The translations under genes were made by a program, and so were the position numbers. The notes beneath the pieces were generated by a model, which was given only the letters and a program-made list of their open reading frames with translations, did no database searches and was not told the origin of the DNA. Shown piece after piece: positions 23,878 to 33,593 of a DNA stretch of 64,000 nt (within the stretch, counting starts at the first letter, position 1; each line of letters starts with the position of its first letter). The DNA comes from Candidatus Bathyarchaeota archaeon (GTDB taxonomy: Archaea; Thermoproteota; Bathyarchaeia; Bathyarchaeales; Bathycorpusculaceae): positions 84,984 to 148,983 of the forward strand of contig CAVRFW010000012.1 of the NCBI GenBank assembly GCA_963720565.1, written 5' to 3'.

Positions 23878-24126
23878 ATGAGAAAGCCCAAGTTTTGGTT
23901 TATGGCTGGTGAAGTGCTAACGATTGTGGGAATTGGTGTCTTCCGAAGCGCTGTTGTGACTCTGGCGGGCTTTATTGGAGCTTTGTTGGGCGCTATTGGC
24001 GCTTTGGTGACTTTGACAGGAGTCATCCTGTGTAGTGAAGCGGAGACACTGCCAAAGACGACAACATTGGAACTAACAGTGAAAGTTCTAGAGGATCCCT
24101 TAGAGAACCCAGTAGAGAATCAGTAG
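23878..24126 (+). CDS. Small two-TM hypothetical protein
   Basis: MRKPKFW..., two Gly-rich hydrophobic helices. Confidence 0.55.
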   Translation: MRKPKFWFMAGEVLTIVGIGVFRSAVVTLAGFIGALLGAIGALVTLTGVILCSEAETLPKTTTLELTVKVLEDPLENPVENQ

Positions 24127-24201
24127 GATAACGCGCTTTTCATGACCTAAATCACTGACTAAGGGTTTCGTTCCAAATCGGATACATACCCGGAAAACCG
24201 T

Positions 24202-24351
24202 TTATTTCTTCACTGAAGGGAGCATGTGCCCCTTATGCTCTACCATACTGTGCATTCTCAACTCATAGGGATTTGAAAAATAGACATTGCACATTCTGCA
24301 CTTAAACGACCCATGTTTTGTTCCGCTATGCCAATTTCTATAGGTCGCCAT
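24202..24351 (-). CDS. 49-aa C2H2 zinc-finger micro-protein
   Basis: MATYRNWHSGTKHGSFKCRMCNVYFSNPYELRMHSMVEHKGHMLPSVKK; GGTGA upstream. Confidence 0.8.
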   Translation of the reverse strand: MATYRNWHSGTKHGSFKCRMCNVYFSNPYELRMHSMVEHKGHMLPSVKK

Positions 24352-24552
24352 TCCTTTTTCTCACCAAAACCGTTTTCTAAATCCTCAACTACATAGCATC
24401 CCCGACACTAATAAACCCAGAAACCCAAAGTATTCGACGCTGGTTAGTGCTGAGAAGCACACCCTAAATCAGGTTTGGATCCAAAAAAAATAGTGCAGCA
24501 AAAACATGACCCACACAAAAAGTGAAGTGCTTCTCAATAGTATAGTACACAA

Positions 24553-25020
24553 TTACCTTCTTGGCTCTTCCACCTGTTGCCCATCCATCTCGTAGAAAGT
24601 TGGGATTTTCGCAAGCTCCTTGATTATGGATGCAGGTCTTGACCACTTATAAGACGTGTCAGGCAGGTACCTTCTCATGTAACGACATTCTGGATTGACA
24701 CATCTAGCGAAGACTTCCCAGTAATGCTCCATTTCATTCTCCACCTTATTGTAAGTGTAGCTATAGACCCTGTGCCCGCATATGCACCGGGGAGGGGTCG
24801 GGATAACCTGCTTGGTCAAGCCTATAATCTTGTCTACTTTTGACAGGAGGTCTTTTCTTTCATTTTGTTCGAGTTGTTTCTTAAGCATACTTTCGATTTG
24901 GTGCCAATGTGCCTGTGGGTTCTCTATTTTTAGCTGAGTCGCTAGTTTATGAATTTCAATGATTTCTTCGTTCAAAACCCATTCTCGCGGTCGACCAGGT
25001 TTTCTAGCTTGCGTCATCAA
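24553..25020 (-). CDS. Hypothetical protein with GRPR motif and Cys4 zinc ribbon
   Basis: RKPGRPR N-terminus; CICG...CVNPEC. Confidence 0.6.
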   Translation of the reverse strand: MMTQARKPGRPREWVLNEEIIEIHKLATQLKIENPQAHWHQIESMLKKQLEQNERKDLLSKVDKIIGLTKQVIPTPPRCICGHRVYSYTYNKVENEMEHYWEVFARCVNPECRYMRRYLPDTSYKWSRPASIIKELAKIPTFYEMDGQQVEEPRR

Positions 25021-25184
25021 GTCAAGATTACGCGAACTAAAATTTAAACAATTGTTGTACTGTACAAAAATGGAATCGTCATCTTCGAGTGCGCTGCAAA
25101 AAATGGTTTCTCTTGAAAATTTGCAGTGTGTTTACCCAAAAGATGAAGAAATATCCTCGTTGTCCGGAAAAGAAAGTTGGGTGT

Positions 25185-26443
25185 TTATCCAAAAAAAGTG
25201 GTGTGAAGCACCGCAAAAGACAAAACGCCTGCCACATATGACAGGACCCATGAAACTGTCGTTATTTGTGCTATCCTCTTGCTCTTAGCTGCAAATGATA
25301 TTGATCCAGGACGCCAAAGTGCAACAAGCCATACCCCGAAGAATAATGCGGGAATCGAAAAAATTGCATGCGCTCCGACTGCAACCAAACGCAAAGGTGA
25401 ACTGGAATAAACCTGCAAAGAACCACTGCTCATGGGAGACATAAGCAGTACCAAAGAAAAACTAACTAACGATGCGAAGACTACCACTATCATAATAATC
25501 TCATGCACAAAATAATTGCCTTTTGTTCTGAACCACATGCTCACTAAGACCAAAGCTGTCCACAAAGTCTGCATAACAAGATTAATCTCATGAACACTCA
25601 AACCAATTTCAATCTCAAAATATGGGGCTACGACTATAGCTCCAACCGTCACTAAAAGAACGATGAGGATGACAAGGACTGCGATCTTTCCCTGCGAAGG
25701 GCCACTAGACGCTGGTCTTTTATTCCTCTTTCTTCGGGCAGCAACTATTACTAAAGACAACATTAATGCCGCCAGCACTATACTCACTCCAACCAAGGTG
25801 TAGAACATCGTCTGATTTAGGCCCAGGATCTGAGGACTCCACATGTTTGTAGCGATTGCCTGTACAGTGACAGTCAAGTCCTCAATGTACCAGCCATACC
25901 TATTTGTCACGTTTTTGTAGACTTCTGAAGATCCAACGAACGCACCGGTGGCTTTGTCCCATTCTTTGTGCCTAAGCGAGTCGTTTCCATATGTTACAAT
26001 TCGGGTTGCGCCTAACACTGTTTTTTGCTCTTGACTTTGAATAGTTACGTTAACGGGTTTTCCAGTGTGTGGTGAGTAGTCATAGAATTTGTTTCCTGGA
26101 TCAAGATTCGAAGGAATGATTATCCACCCTTCAACATTTCCTTCAGTAAAGTTAAACTTCCAAACGGCACTTCCTATTGTCCCATTAGCATACCTAGCAG
26201 TTAGATTTATGGAGAATGCTGCACCCTGAACGGGCAAAACCTCTATTCTAAACCATCTAACGTCGTGTGTTGGAGGCGGAGTTACCAGTACCGGTTACGC
26301 CGACGTTGTATTCGATCCAATCTCCTTCTTTGACACCTACCGAAGGCTCGCCATAAGCAGCGTGGGGCTTGCCAAGTGCACTATTCCAACTATTAATGAT
26401 AGTACCAAAACGAGTGTCTAGGGTCAAACGGTGTTTTCCTCAT
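25185..26443 (-). CDS. Membrane protein with extracellular N-domain and multi-TM C-domain (frameshifts in 5' part)
   Basis: 350-aa ORF plus upstream signal-peptide region and GVKEGDWIEY segment. Confidence 0.65.
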
Positions 26444-26869
26444 AACAGCACCATAATAACTGGGTTATTTCATGTTAAAAGGAGTTTTTGTTAAACTTAT
26501 TTGACTAAACAAGAGTCAAAGTTTCTTGACCAACGCTTACCGCATGCCGTCCAGGAGTTCGTTTTGTATGGGGAGTGGCAGCTCACGGAAAATAATTAGC
26601 TCATTTTAAAATCGTCAGATAAAATCGTTAATTGTTCTTTCTTTTCCAGACTTGAAACGAGCGCTGTCGTTCTTCACATTGTGTTAGCGGAGGATTCTTT
26701 GTTGCTCACGCGTGTCCTGCGACCGTCTGCTTCACTTCATAGTTGGCTGTGTAGACGAAATTAGCAATCATTCAGGCCAGTAGTACAGACTTGGATTCAT
26801 GCACCGTTAGGCAATAAGGAACTTCTTGCGACGAGTATACCTATTCCTTCTGAAAGCGCTCGGCCCCTC

Positions 26870-27061
26870 TTATTTCTTCTCCGGAGCTGAGCTGGAAACG
26901 GCGAATGTCACGATGAGCGCGACTAAAACGAGCAGCCCGACCGGGAGAAACACTCCGAACAAGATGTCTCCAATCTGGTCTTTAAACAGATACATGTAAA
27001 CCGAGGAAATTATGGCAACTGCCAGCCAGCAACTCGATATGATTGCAGCTCTATAGTCCAT
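26870..27061 (-). CDS. Small two-TM hypothetical protein
   Basis: MDYRAAII..., two hydrophobic helices. Confidence 0.6.
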   Translation of the reverse strand: MDYRAAIISSCWLAVAIISSVYMYLFKDQIGDILFGVFLPVGLLVLVALIVTFAVSSSAPEKK

Positions 27062-27226
27062 GTTTCGCAACTCATCCTTCAGTCAATAGGTTGTCGTAGC
27101 TCACTTAAGGTTTTGTGGTTGTCAAGGCACAGCAACTATTACGTCTACAAGCTCAGGATTAGTGTCTTACAAACTGTTTTCGGGGTAACTATTCTCGGTT
27201 CATAAGGCTTTTTTGTCTCGGAATTC

Positions 27227-27925
27227 TTGTCTTTTACGGTGCAAAAGCTGAGCATAAAGTCCGCATTGTGCAATTCCAAGTTTAAACAGCTAGTCTTTCT
27301 AATCTGCATTGTATGTGCGGTTATTGTTTATTTCTTGTTGACCAGGATTGACCTGGTAGTTCACGAGGAACTTTATGATTTCGGCTTGATATTCAGCACC
27401 CAATGGGTTGATCCTTACCGAGCTCTCATGTGGTCGATATACGCCTGTCTAGTCGCGTCGGTGGCTTTGAGTGGAACAGTCTTAGTATTTGATCTTCTTG
27501 CAAAGAAACAAGAGACTTCCACAGCTCCTTCTTTGCTTGAAAGAATGCGGAAGGTCGTTGCAAAACTTCTACCTTTGAAACTGCCATTTAGGGTTGAAGC
27601 TTCCAAGCATCCTCAAGGATTATCTGAAGAACACCTCCCATTAGAAGATGACCCTCAGAAAGCTTCAGAGCAACTAATCTTGCCAAAGAAAAACCAGAGT
27701 CTCCGCATCAAGAATTCAGAGGTTGCTGGACCGGAAGAGAATAGTGAAAAACGAGTTAATAACATGTTAATCTCTTGTCCTAAATGCAAAAGAGTTTTCC
27801 AAACTCCTTTGGTGATGCTTGATTTCAGCGGGACAAAACCTGGACTGATGAATGTCTGTCCCTACTGCAATCAAGTGTTGGGAAACAGTGAGGCAGAAAC
27901 TGACGTTTATTGTGATTTAACATAA
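27227..27925 (+). CDS. Membrane protein paralog C with C-terminal zinc ribbon
   Basis: VVHEELYDFGLIFSTQWVDPY motif; CPKC...CPYC. Confidence 0.75.
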   Translation: MSFTVQKLSIKSALCNSKFKQLVFLICIVCAVIVYFLLTRIDLVVHEELYDFGLIFSTQWVDPYRALMWSIYACLVASVALSGTVLVFDLLAKKQETSTAPSLLERMRKVVAKLLPLKLPFRVEASKHPQGLSEEHLPLEDDPQKASEQLILPKKNQSLRIKNSEVAGPEENSEKRVNNMLISCPKCKRVFQTPLVMLDFSGTKPGLMNVCPYCNQVLGNSEAETDVYCDLT

Positions 27926-27944
27926 ATAGATGAGATGGTGAAGT

Positions 27945-28235
27945 ATGGAAACACTTGATTCAGAGAAATCGGAAAAAAGTCGAAAAAAACAAGACGAAAA
28001 AAACGCGTTGCTGGTTCTAGATGAGCTAGGCAAAGAAATAGACACTCTCTGCGAAGAAAAAACTAGTCTCTTAGACATAGAGAGAAAACTCGAAAAAGAA
28101 ATAGATAAGGAAGTCAAACGCAGAGAACAGAAAAGAAAACTCTTGAAAACTGAAGTTGAAACCCTGAAAAAGAAATGTGAAAAACTAACATTCTTCGTGA
28201 ATACGTTTCGCCAAGAAGAGACTGTTGAAACCTAG
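27945..28235 (+). CDS. Coiled-coil protein
   Basis: Heptad E/K/L pattern; GGTGA site; directly downstream of paralog C. Confidence 0.7.
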   Translation: METLDSEKSEKSRKKQDEKNALLVLDELGKEIDTLCEEKTSLLDIERKLEKEIDKEVKRREQKRKLLKTEVETLKKKCEKLTFFVNTFRQEETVET

Positions 28236-28327
28236 CGCGTGTTGCTGGATTTTGGCTGGTAGCTATCGACCTTGATTCTATAGGAGATTTTTATGGCGCT
28301 TGCGTAATCGGAAATAGGCAGGTAATT

Positions 28328-28840
28328 TGGTTGACTCGCAGGTTTTCGCTTCAGCTGCTTTGCTTGCAGTAATTACGGTTTTGCTGTTGTTTCTTGCTGT
28401 TCCGCATGTGATAGATATGCAGAGTAGAAGCCTGGATGAGTGTTATGTGGGGGTGGTTAGCGCGCGTCAGCTACCGACCCCATTTGGACAATGGTAACGA
28501 AATTTGCTCTCAAATGGGGTGTCATGCAGAACGAGCACTTTGAGGCGTTGGAGAGTTTCTGGAAAGACACCACCGAACATCGCATAGATTATGGCTCTGT
28601 AGAAGGTAAGGCGGTGCTTATTTTACCCAGCAACTACGGCTGGGGAATGAGGAAACCTGACGATCACATCTGGGGATTCTGGGGGGCAGACGAGAAATCG
28701 CCTCAAATCTGGATGGTAAGCCGCGAACTCCTGACCAAGTACGGAGCGACATTAGACATTATCTTCGACGATCCAGCATTTCCAGTTTGAATCAAATTAC
28801 AGCCAAATCTACCTATGGAAACGCCACATTGCCATACTGA
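28328..28840 (+). pseudogene. Apparently internally deleted membrane-anchored hypothetical gene
   Basis: N-terminal TM segment (...AALLAVITVLLLFLAVP...CYVGVV) joined at TAGCGCGCG to a C-terminal part (EHFEALESFW...NYGWGMR...DIIFDDPAFP). Confidence 0.55.
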
Positions 28841-28943
28841 ACTATCTTTGGCTTTTGTTGAGTCAGCGAGCGGCCCGGACACACGTAGGGTGCAAAATCT
28901 TATATTCCAAACGCGCTGTAAAAACATACTTTGGGTGCTAAAA

Positions 28944-30614
28944 TTGAATCTAAAAGACACAAAAGCTATTGGCAAAACGATGATTGCAGCAATTCTAATT
29001 GTAATAATAGCCATCGCTGGAGTCGCCAGCTACTATCTATATACGACTCAGGTTCCGAAAATAAAGGACACATTGATCATGGGAACAACTGACTCGGTTG
29101 AATCTTGCTTGGATCCGGCGGAAGCTTACGACTTCTTCGGTTTCGAGATCATTCAGTCTTTGGGTTCGCCACTGGTTGAATATGAAGCGGGTTCGACAGG
29201 TAGCATGGAAGACATTATCCCCGCGTTAGCCACCTCCTGGGAACCTTCGGCAGACGGCTTGGTTTGGACGTTTAATCTAAGGCAAGGCGTAATGTTCGAT
29301 TCTTCAAGAGAATTCACGGCTGAAGACGTAAAATACACATTTGACAGAGGAATTGGCATTGCTGATGAAGACGGAGCGTTCGTGGGCGTTGGAATCGGCG
29401 ACATTATCGACAGCGTTACAGTTGTAAGCGACTATGTTGTTCGATTCAATCTGAAGATTCCTTTCGCCGCGTTCTTGTCACTAATGGCTTTCCAAGCTTG
29501 CTATATTGTTGATCCGATGTATGCGCCAATGAGTGGATCCTCCTGGAGCATAGACGACATTGTAGGCTACGCAGATGGAGACGCGAGGGCAAGTAGCCCT
29601 ATGGGTCTGGGTCCCTACACTCTCAAGAGTTGGACACGGGTTGCAGGCAAAGACACGAAGATGGAGCTCGAAGCCAATCCTCTATACTGGAACGCTGCGG
29701 CAGGATATCCGAAGTCTAAGAATATTGTGATACAGTTCTATGCAGATTCTCCCGGATTAGCCTTAGCAATGACAGCTGGAGACGTTGATGTGGCGTTTAG
29801 ACAGCTTGCAACGAACGATATCGCTACGATGAAGACAAATTCAAACCTTAAAGTTTGGGAGGGCACTGGCGCGTTTATACAATACTTATGTTTGCAGCAG
29901 GATTACGCGCCATTCAACGACCCGACGGTAAGGGGGGCTGTGGCCGCTGCGATCGATAGATCCGCTTTGGTGGAAACTGTGTTCCAAGGGCAGGCTCAGG
30001 AGCTCTATAGCATGATTCCCGCTGGCATGTTCGGACACACTGACGCGTTTGAATCTTATGAAAGCCCAAACTACAATCTAACTAGGGAACTTCTGTCTTA
30101 TGTTGGATACAACGCAAATAACAAGCTGGAGTTTACGTTGTGGTATGAAACTTCAGGGCACTATCCGCAGAGCGCACAACAAGCTTTGATGCTCAAGGAA
30201 GCTCTGGAGGAAAGCGGTGTCATCAGCGTCACTTTGGAAGGCCGGGACTGGGCAGCATACAGAACCGCGAGGCAACAAGAAATAATGCAGGCTTACATTA
30301 TGGGCTGGTATCCGGACTATATCGACCCAGACGACTACATTTTCCCATTCGTACATTCGGTAGGCGGATCATGGATACACCACAATTACGCTAGCGCGCA
30401 AATGGATCAGCTAGTCGAGTCAGCAAGAGGAACTACAAATACAGCTGAACGACAAAGCTTGTATGAGGATATTCAAGACTTGATGGTTGATGAAGTTCCG
30501 ATAATTCCGCTTTATCAGGGCGGTGCCTACGCTGTTTCAAAGCCAAACGTGAAAGGAATCTACTTAGACATCACTCAAAACTGGCGCCACTGGCTGGTCT
30601 ACATCGAAGAATGA
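28944..30614 (+). CDS. dppA: Peptide/nickel ABC transporter substrate-binding protein (family 5)
   Basis: IPALATSW, FTAEDVKYTFDR, GLGPY, GWYPDYIDPD; KAIGKT class III-like signal. Confidence 0.92.
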   Translation: MNLKDTKAIGKTMIAAILIVIIAIAGVASYYLYTTQVPKIKDTLIMGTTDSVESCLDPAEAYDFFGFEIIQSLGSPLVEYEAGSTGSMEDIIPALATSWEPSADGLVWTFNLRQGVMFDSSREFTAEDVKYTFDRGIGIADEDGAFVGVGIGDIIDSVTVVSDYVVRFNLKIPFAAFLSLMAFQACYIVDPMYAPMSGSSWSIDDIVGYADGDARASSPMGLGPYTLKSWTRVAGKDTKMELEANPLYWNAAAGYPKSKNIVIQFYADSPGLALAMTAGDVDVAFRQLATNDIATMKTNSNLKVWEGTGAFIQYLCLQQDYAPFNDPTVRGAVAAAIDRSALVETVFQGQAQELYSMIPAGMFGHTDAFESYESPNYNLTRELLSYVGYNANNKLEFTLWYETSGHYPQSAQQALMLKEALEESGVISVTLEGRDWAAYRTARQQEIMQAYIMGWYPDYIDPDDYIFPFVHSVGGSWIHHNYASAQMDQLVESARGTTNTAERQSLYEDIQDLMVDEVPIIPLYQGGAYAVSKPNVKGIYLDITQNWRHWLVYIEE

Positions 30615-30632
30615 CCTCTAAAATCTCAATAT

Positions 30633-30661
30633 CTCTCTTTTTTTTCTATTTTTTTCTGTTT
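30633..30661 (+). terminator. T-rich archaeal terminator-like tract after dppA
   Basis: Two long oligo-T runs ~20 nt after the stop codon. Confidence 0.45.
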
Positions 30662-30679
30662 GGTGAAAGGGCGATGTAG

Positions 30680-31711
30680 ATGACCCTGCGAACTTACATC
30701 ATTTCCAGGATTTTGCTGACGATACCAATGATATTCATCCTTCTAACAACAGTTTTCGTGATTATGCGTGTCCTCCCTGGAGATCCAGTATTGCTTCATT
30801 TTGAGAAAATCGAGAACCCCGAGGCAATGGAGGCCATGCGGATTCGATTGGGACTTGACAAGCCTTTGCTTTTTCAATATTTTGATTATATTATTGGCCT
30901 TTTCAGGGGAGACCTAGGCAAGTCTATGCAAGATTATTCATCCGTGGGTCAACAAATTTTCTCCGCTTTTCCGGCGACCCTCGAGCTTGCGATCTGTTCA
31001 ATGCTAATCGCTATCTTAATTGGATTGTTTTTAGGAGTTGAGTCCTCAAAAGCGTATAACACGCCAAAAGATCATGTAATAAGAGTATTTGGAATAGTCA
31101 CTTACGCAATCCCGGTTTTCTTCTTGGGAATGGTTTTTCAGATGATTTTCGGCGTCGGATTGCACTGGCTTCCGGTGGGGGGGAGAATCTATCAGGGTTT
31201 GGAGCCGGTCGGACTTGTAGTCGGAGATTTCCAGTTTTCAACTGGCTTGTACGCCATCGACAGCATTCTTGAAGGCAATGTCGTGAAGTTTGTGACGTCT
31301 CTGAAATACCTATTATTGCCTTCGCTGACGTTAGGTTTAGTTCTCTGCGGAATTTTCATCAGGCTCACGCGAAGCAACATGTTCGAAACCTTAAGGTTAG
31401 ACTTTGTGACCGCGGCTAAAGCCAGAGGGTTAAATGAAAGCACGGTGACCTACGGATATGCTCTTAGAAACGCGTTTCTTCCGGTGATTACGATGATGGG
31501 GCTTCAGTTTGCTCTGCTTTTGGGCGGGGCGGTGTTAACCGAAACTACTTTTTCGTGGCCTGGATTGGGAAGGTACCTCGTCGATCGAATAAACTTTAGA
31601 GACTACACGGCTATACAGGGAGTAGTTGTGGTTTTCGGCATTTTCGTTGCTATAGTGAGCTTGGCTGTCGACTTGCTATACGCGTATCTTGATCCGAGGA
31701 TCAGGTTGTAG
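30680..31711 (+). CDS. dppB: Peptide ABC transporter permease
   Basis: LPGDP, GDLGKS, DFVTAAKARGL, ETTFSWPGLG, LDPRIRL. Confidence 0.93.
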   Translation: MTLRTYIISRILLTIPMIFILLTTVFVIMRVLPGDPVLLHFEKIENPEAMEAMRIRLGLDKPLLFQYFDYIIGLFRGDLGKSMQDYSSVGQQIFSAFPATLELAICSMLIAILIGLFLGVESSKAYNTPKDHVIRVFGIVTYAIPVFFLGMVFQMIFGVGLHWLPVGGRIYQGLEPVGLVVGDFQFSTGLYAIDSILEGNVVKFVTSLKYLLLPSLTLGLVLCGIFIRLTRSNMFETLRLDFVTAAKARGLNESTVTYGYALRNAFLPVITMMGLQFALLLGGAVLTETTFSWPGLGRYLVDRINFRDYTAIQGVVVVFGIFVAIVSLAVDLLYAYLDPRIRL

Positions 31712-31719
31712 AAATAGGT

Positions 31720-32613
31720 ATGACTAAAACAAGAATTAGACGAAGCATGCTCGCGCAACTGATCCCTGGAATTGCATCATTAGCCAAGAGGGGCTTAGCA
31801 GGATGGCTGGTCCTTTTCGGGGCGACACTCACTGTGGCAATAATAGTGATGACTCTATTATCCCCTTGGCTTTCTCCTTACAACCCGTCCAAGACTAGAG
31901 TGGGAGAGCCCTTGTTGCCCCCCAGCTCCGAATTCTTGTTTGGAACAGATGATTTAGGCAGAGACATGTTTAGCCGCGTCCTTTCGGGGGGCGGAATAAT
32001 GCTTCAAGTTTCGATTCTGTCCGTGTTTGTCTGCATCATGATAGGTGTCCCGCTGGGTCTATTCTCATCCTACACGGGAGGCGCAGTCGACAAATTCGTG
32101 AACCTAATCATGGACAGCGTCTACGCTTTTCCCGGACTAATTCTTGCAATAGCGCTAACCATAGTTTTTGGCACAGGAGTGATAAACATGGCGGTGTCTA
32201 TTGCGGTAGTCTATGTTCCTTCATACTTCAGAGTAATTCGAAGTCAAGTGCTAAGCATAAAAGAACTGCCTTACGTTGAGGCAGCTAACGCTGCCGGCGC
32301 TAAAAAACGCACAGTATTATCGCGTTACATCTTGCCCAATGTTTTTCCATCTGTAGCTGTAGTTTCCACCGTGAATTTTGCCGATGCGATACTGACGGCT
32401 GCAGGGCTGACATTCATCGGCATGGGCGTGTCCGCGAGCATTCCGGATTGGGGGTGGGACCTGCAAAACGGACGGAGACTCTTGGTGAGTGGCGACTGGT
32501 GGGTCATAGCCTTTCCGGGTTTGATGATTATCCTTCTGGCTTTGGGTTTTGCTCTGATGGGTGAGGGTTTAAGCGAACTACTAAATCCGAAACTGGAACA
32601 GACAGGTGAATAG
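31720..32613 (+). CDS. dppC: Peptide ABC transporter permease
   Basis: FGTDDLGRD, YVEAANAAGA, ILPN, PDWG. Confidence 0.93.
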   Translation: MTKTRIRRSMLAQLIPGIASLAKRGLAGWLVLFGATLTVAIIVMTLLSPWLSPYNPSKTRVGEPLLPPSSEFLFGTDDLGRDMFSRVLSGGGIMLQVSILSVFVCIMIGVPLGLFSSYTGGAVDKFVNLIMDSVYAFPGLILAIALTIVFGTGVINMAVSIAVVYVPSYFRVIRSQVLSIKELPYVEAANAAGAKKRTVLSRYILPNVFPSVAVVSTVNFADAILTAAGLTFIGMGVSASIPDWGWDLQNGRRLLVSGDWWVIAFPGLMIILLALGFALMGEGLSELLNPKLEQTGE

Positions 32614-33593
32614 TCACGACAGATGAGCTGCTAAAGGTTGAGTCTTTGACCGTGGAGTACTGGACAAGAAATGGTAACCTCCGCGCCGTAGATGATGTTT
32701 CCTTCTCCGTGAGAAAAGCCGAGACATTGGGCATAGTTGGGGAGTCGGGTTCAGGAAAATCTACGTTAGGCCTGTCTCTTATAGACTTGATTCCGTATCC
32801 TGGCAAGCTGACCAGAGGCAAAATAATTCTCAACGGCAAAGAGGTGTTAAAGCTTCCCAAAGATGAGTTGCGCAACCTCAGAGGAACAGAAGTCTGCTAC
32901 GTTTTCCAAGATCCTATGACTTCATTGAATCCGGTCAAGAAAATTGGGGCTCATTTTGTAGAACTGATCAGGACTCATGACGCCAATGTGTCTGAGAAGG
33001 ATGCTATTGAACAGGCTAGAAAACTGCTTCGCGATGTTGGCATTCAGCCTGATAGAGTGGATGATTATCCTCACCAGCTCAGCGGGGGAATGAGGCAACG
33101 GGTGATGATTGCCTTGGCCATAGCTTTGAATCCGAGTATTGTTGTGGCAGATGAACCCACGACGGCGCTGGACGTCATTGTGCAGGCGAAAATTCTGGAT
33201 CTGCTGAATACATTGCGTGACACTTACGGGATGGCTCTCATCCTGATAACTCATGATTTGAGCATCGTGCTCCAGAGAAGCGACAACATAATTGTCATGT
33301 ACGCTGGGCAAATAGTTGAGTATGCTCCAAGCGAAGAAGTATATGCAAAGCCAGAGCATCCCTATACTCAGGGGCTTCTCAAGTCGATTCCCAATATTGA
33401 AATCGCTGATCAGAAGCTGGAAGCGATCGCAGGCTATCCGCCGCACCTGCTTAACTTGCCGGGTGGGTGTCGATTCTGGCCTCGCTGCAAGTTTGTCTTT
33501 GACAGGTGCCGAATGGAAAATGTTCCGCTTTTCAAAACTGGAAAAAACCGTCTCGTTCGCTGCTTCCTCTACGAGGAGGGAAGAATAGAATGA
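32610..33593 (+). CDS. dppD: Peptide ABC transporter ATPase (start uncertain)
   Basis: GESGSGKS, FQDPMTSLNP, LSGGMRQR, DEPTTALD, GCRFWPRC. Confidence 0.93.
   Translation: MVTTDELLKVESLTVEYWTRNGNLRAVDDVSFSVRKAETLGIVGESGSGKSTLGLSLIDLIPYPGKLTRGKIILNGKEVLKLPKDELRNLRGTEVCYVFQDPMTSLNPVKKIGAHFVELIRTHDANVSEKDAIEQARKLLRDVGIQPDRVDDYPHQLSGGMRQRVMIALAIALNPSIVVADEPTTALDVIVQAKILDLLNTLRDTYGMALILITHDLSIVLQRSDNIIVMYAGQIVEYAPSEEVYAKPEHPYTQGLLKSIPNIEIADQKLEAIAGYPPHLLNLPGGCRFWPRCKFVFDRCRMENVPLFKTGKNRLVRCFLYEEGRIE

Noticed and set aside
28815..28943. Long N-terminal extension of DppA
   Set aside because: Overlaps the upstream pseudogene end; the signal-peptide-like sequence begins at the TTG at 28944.
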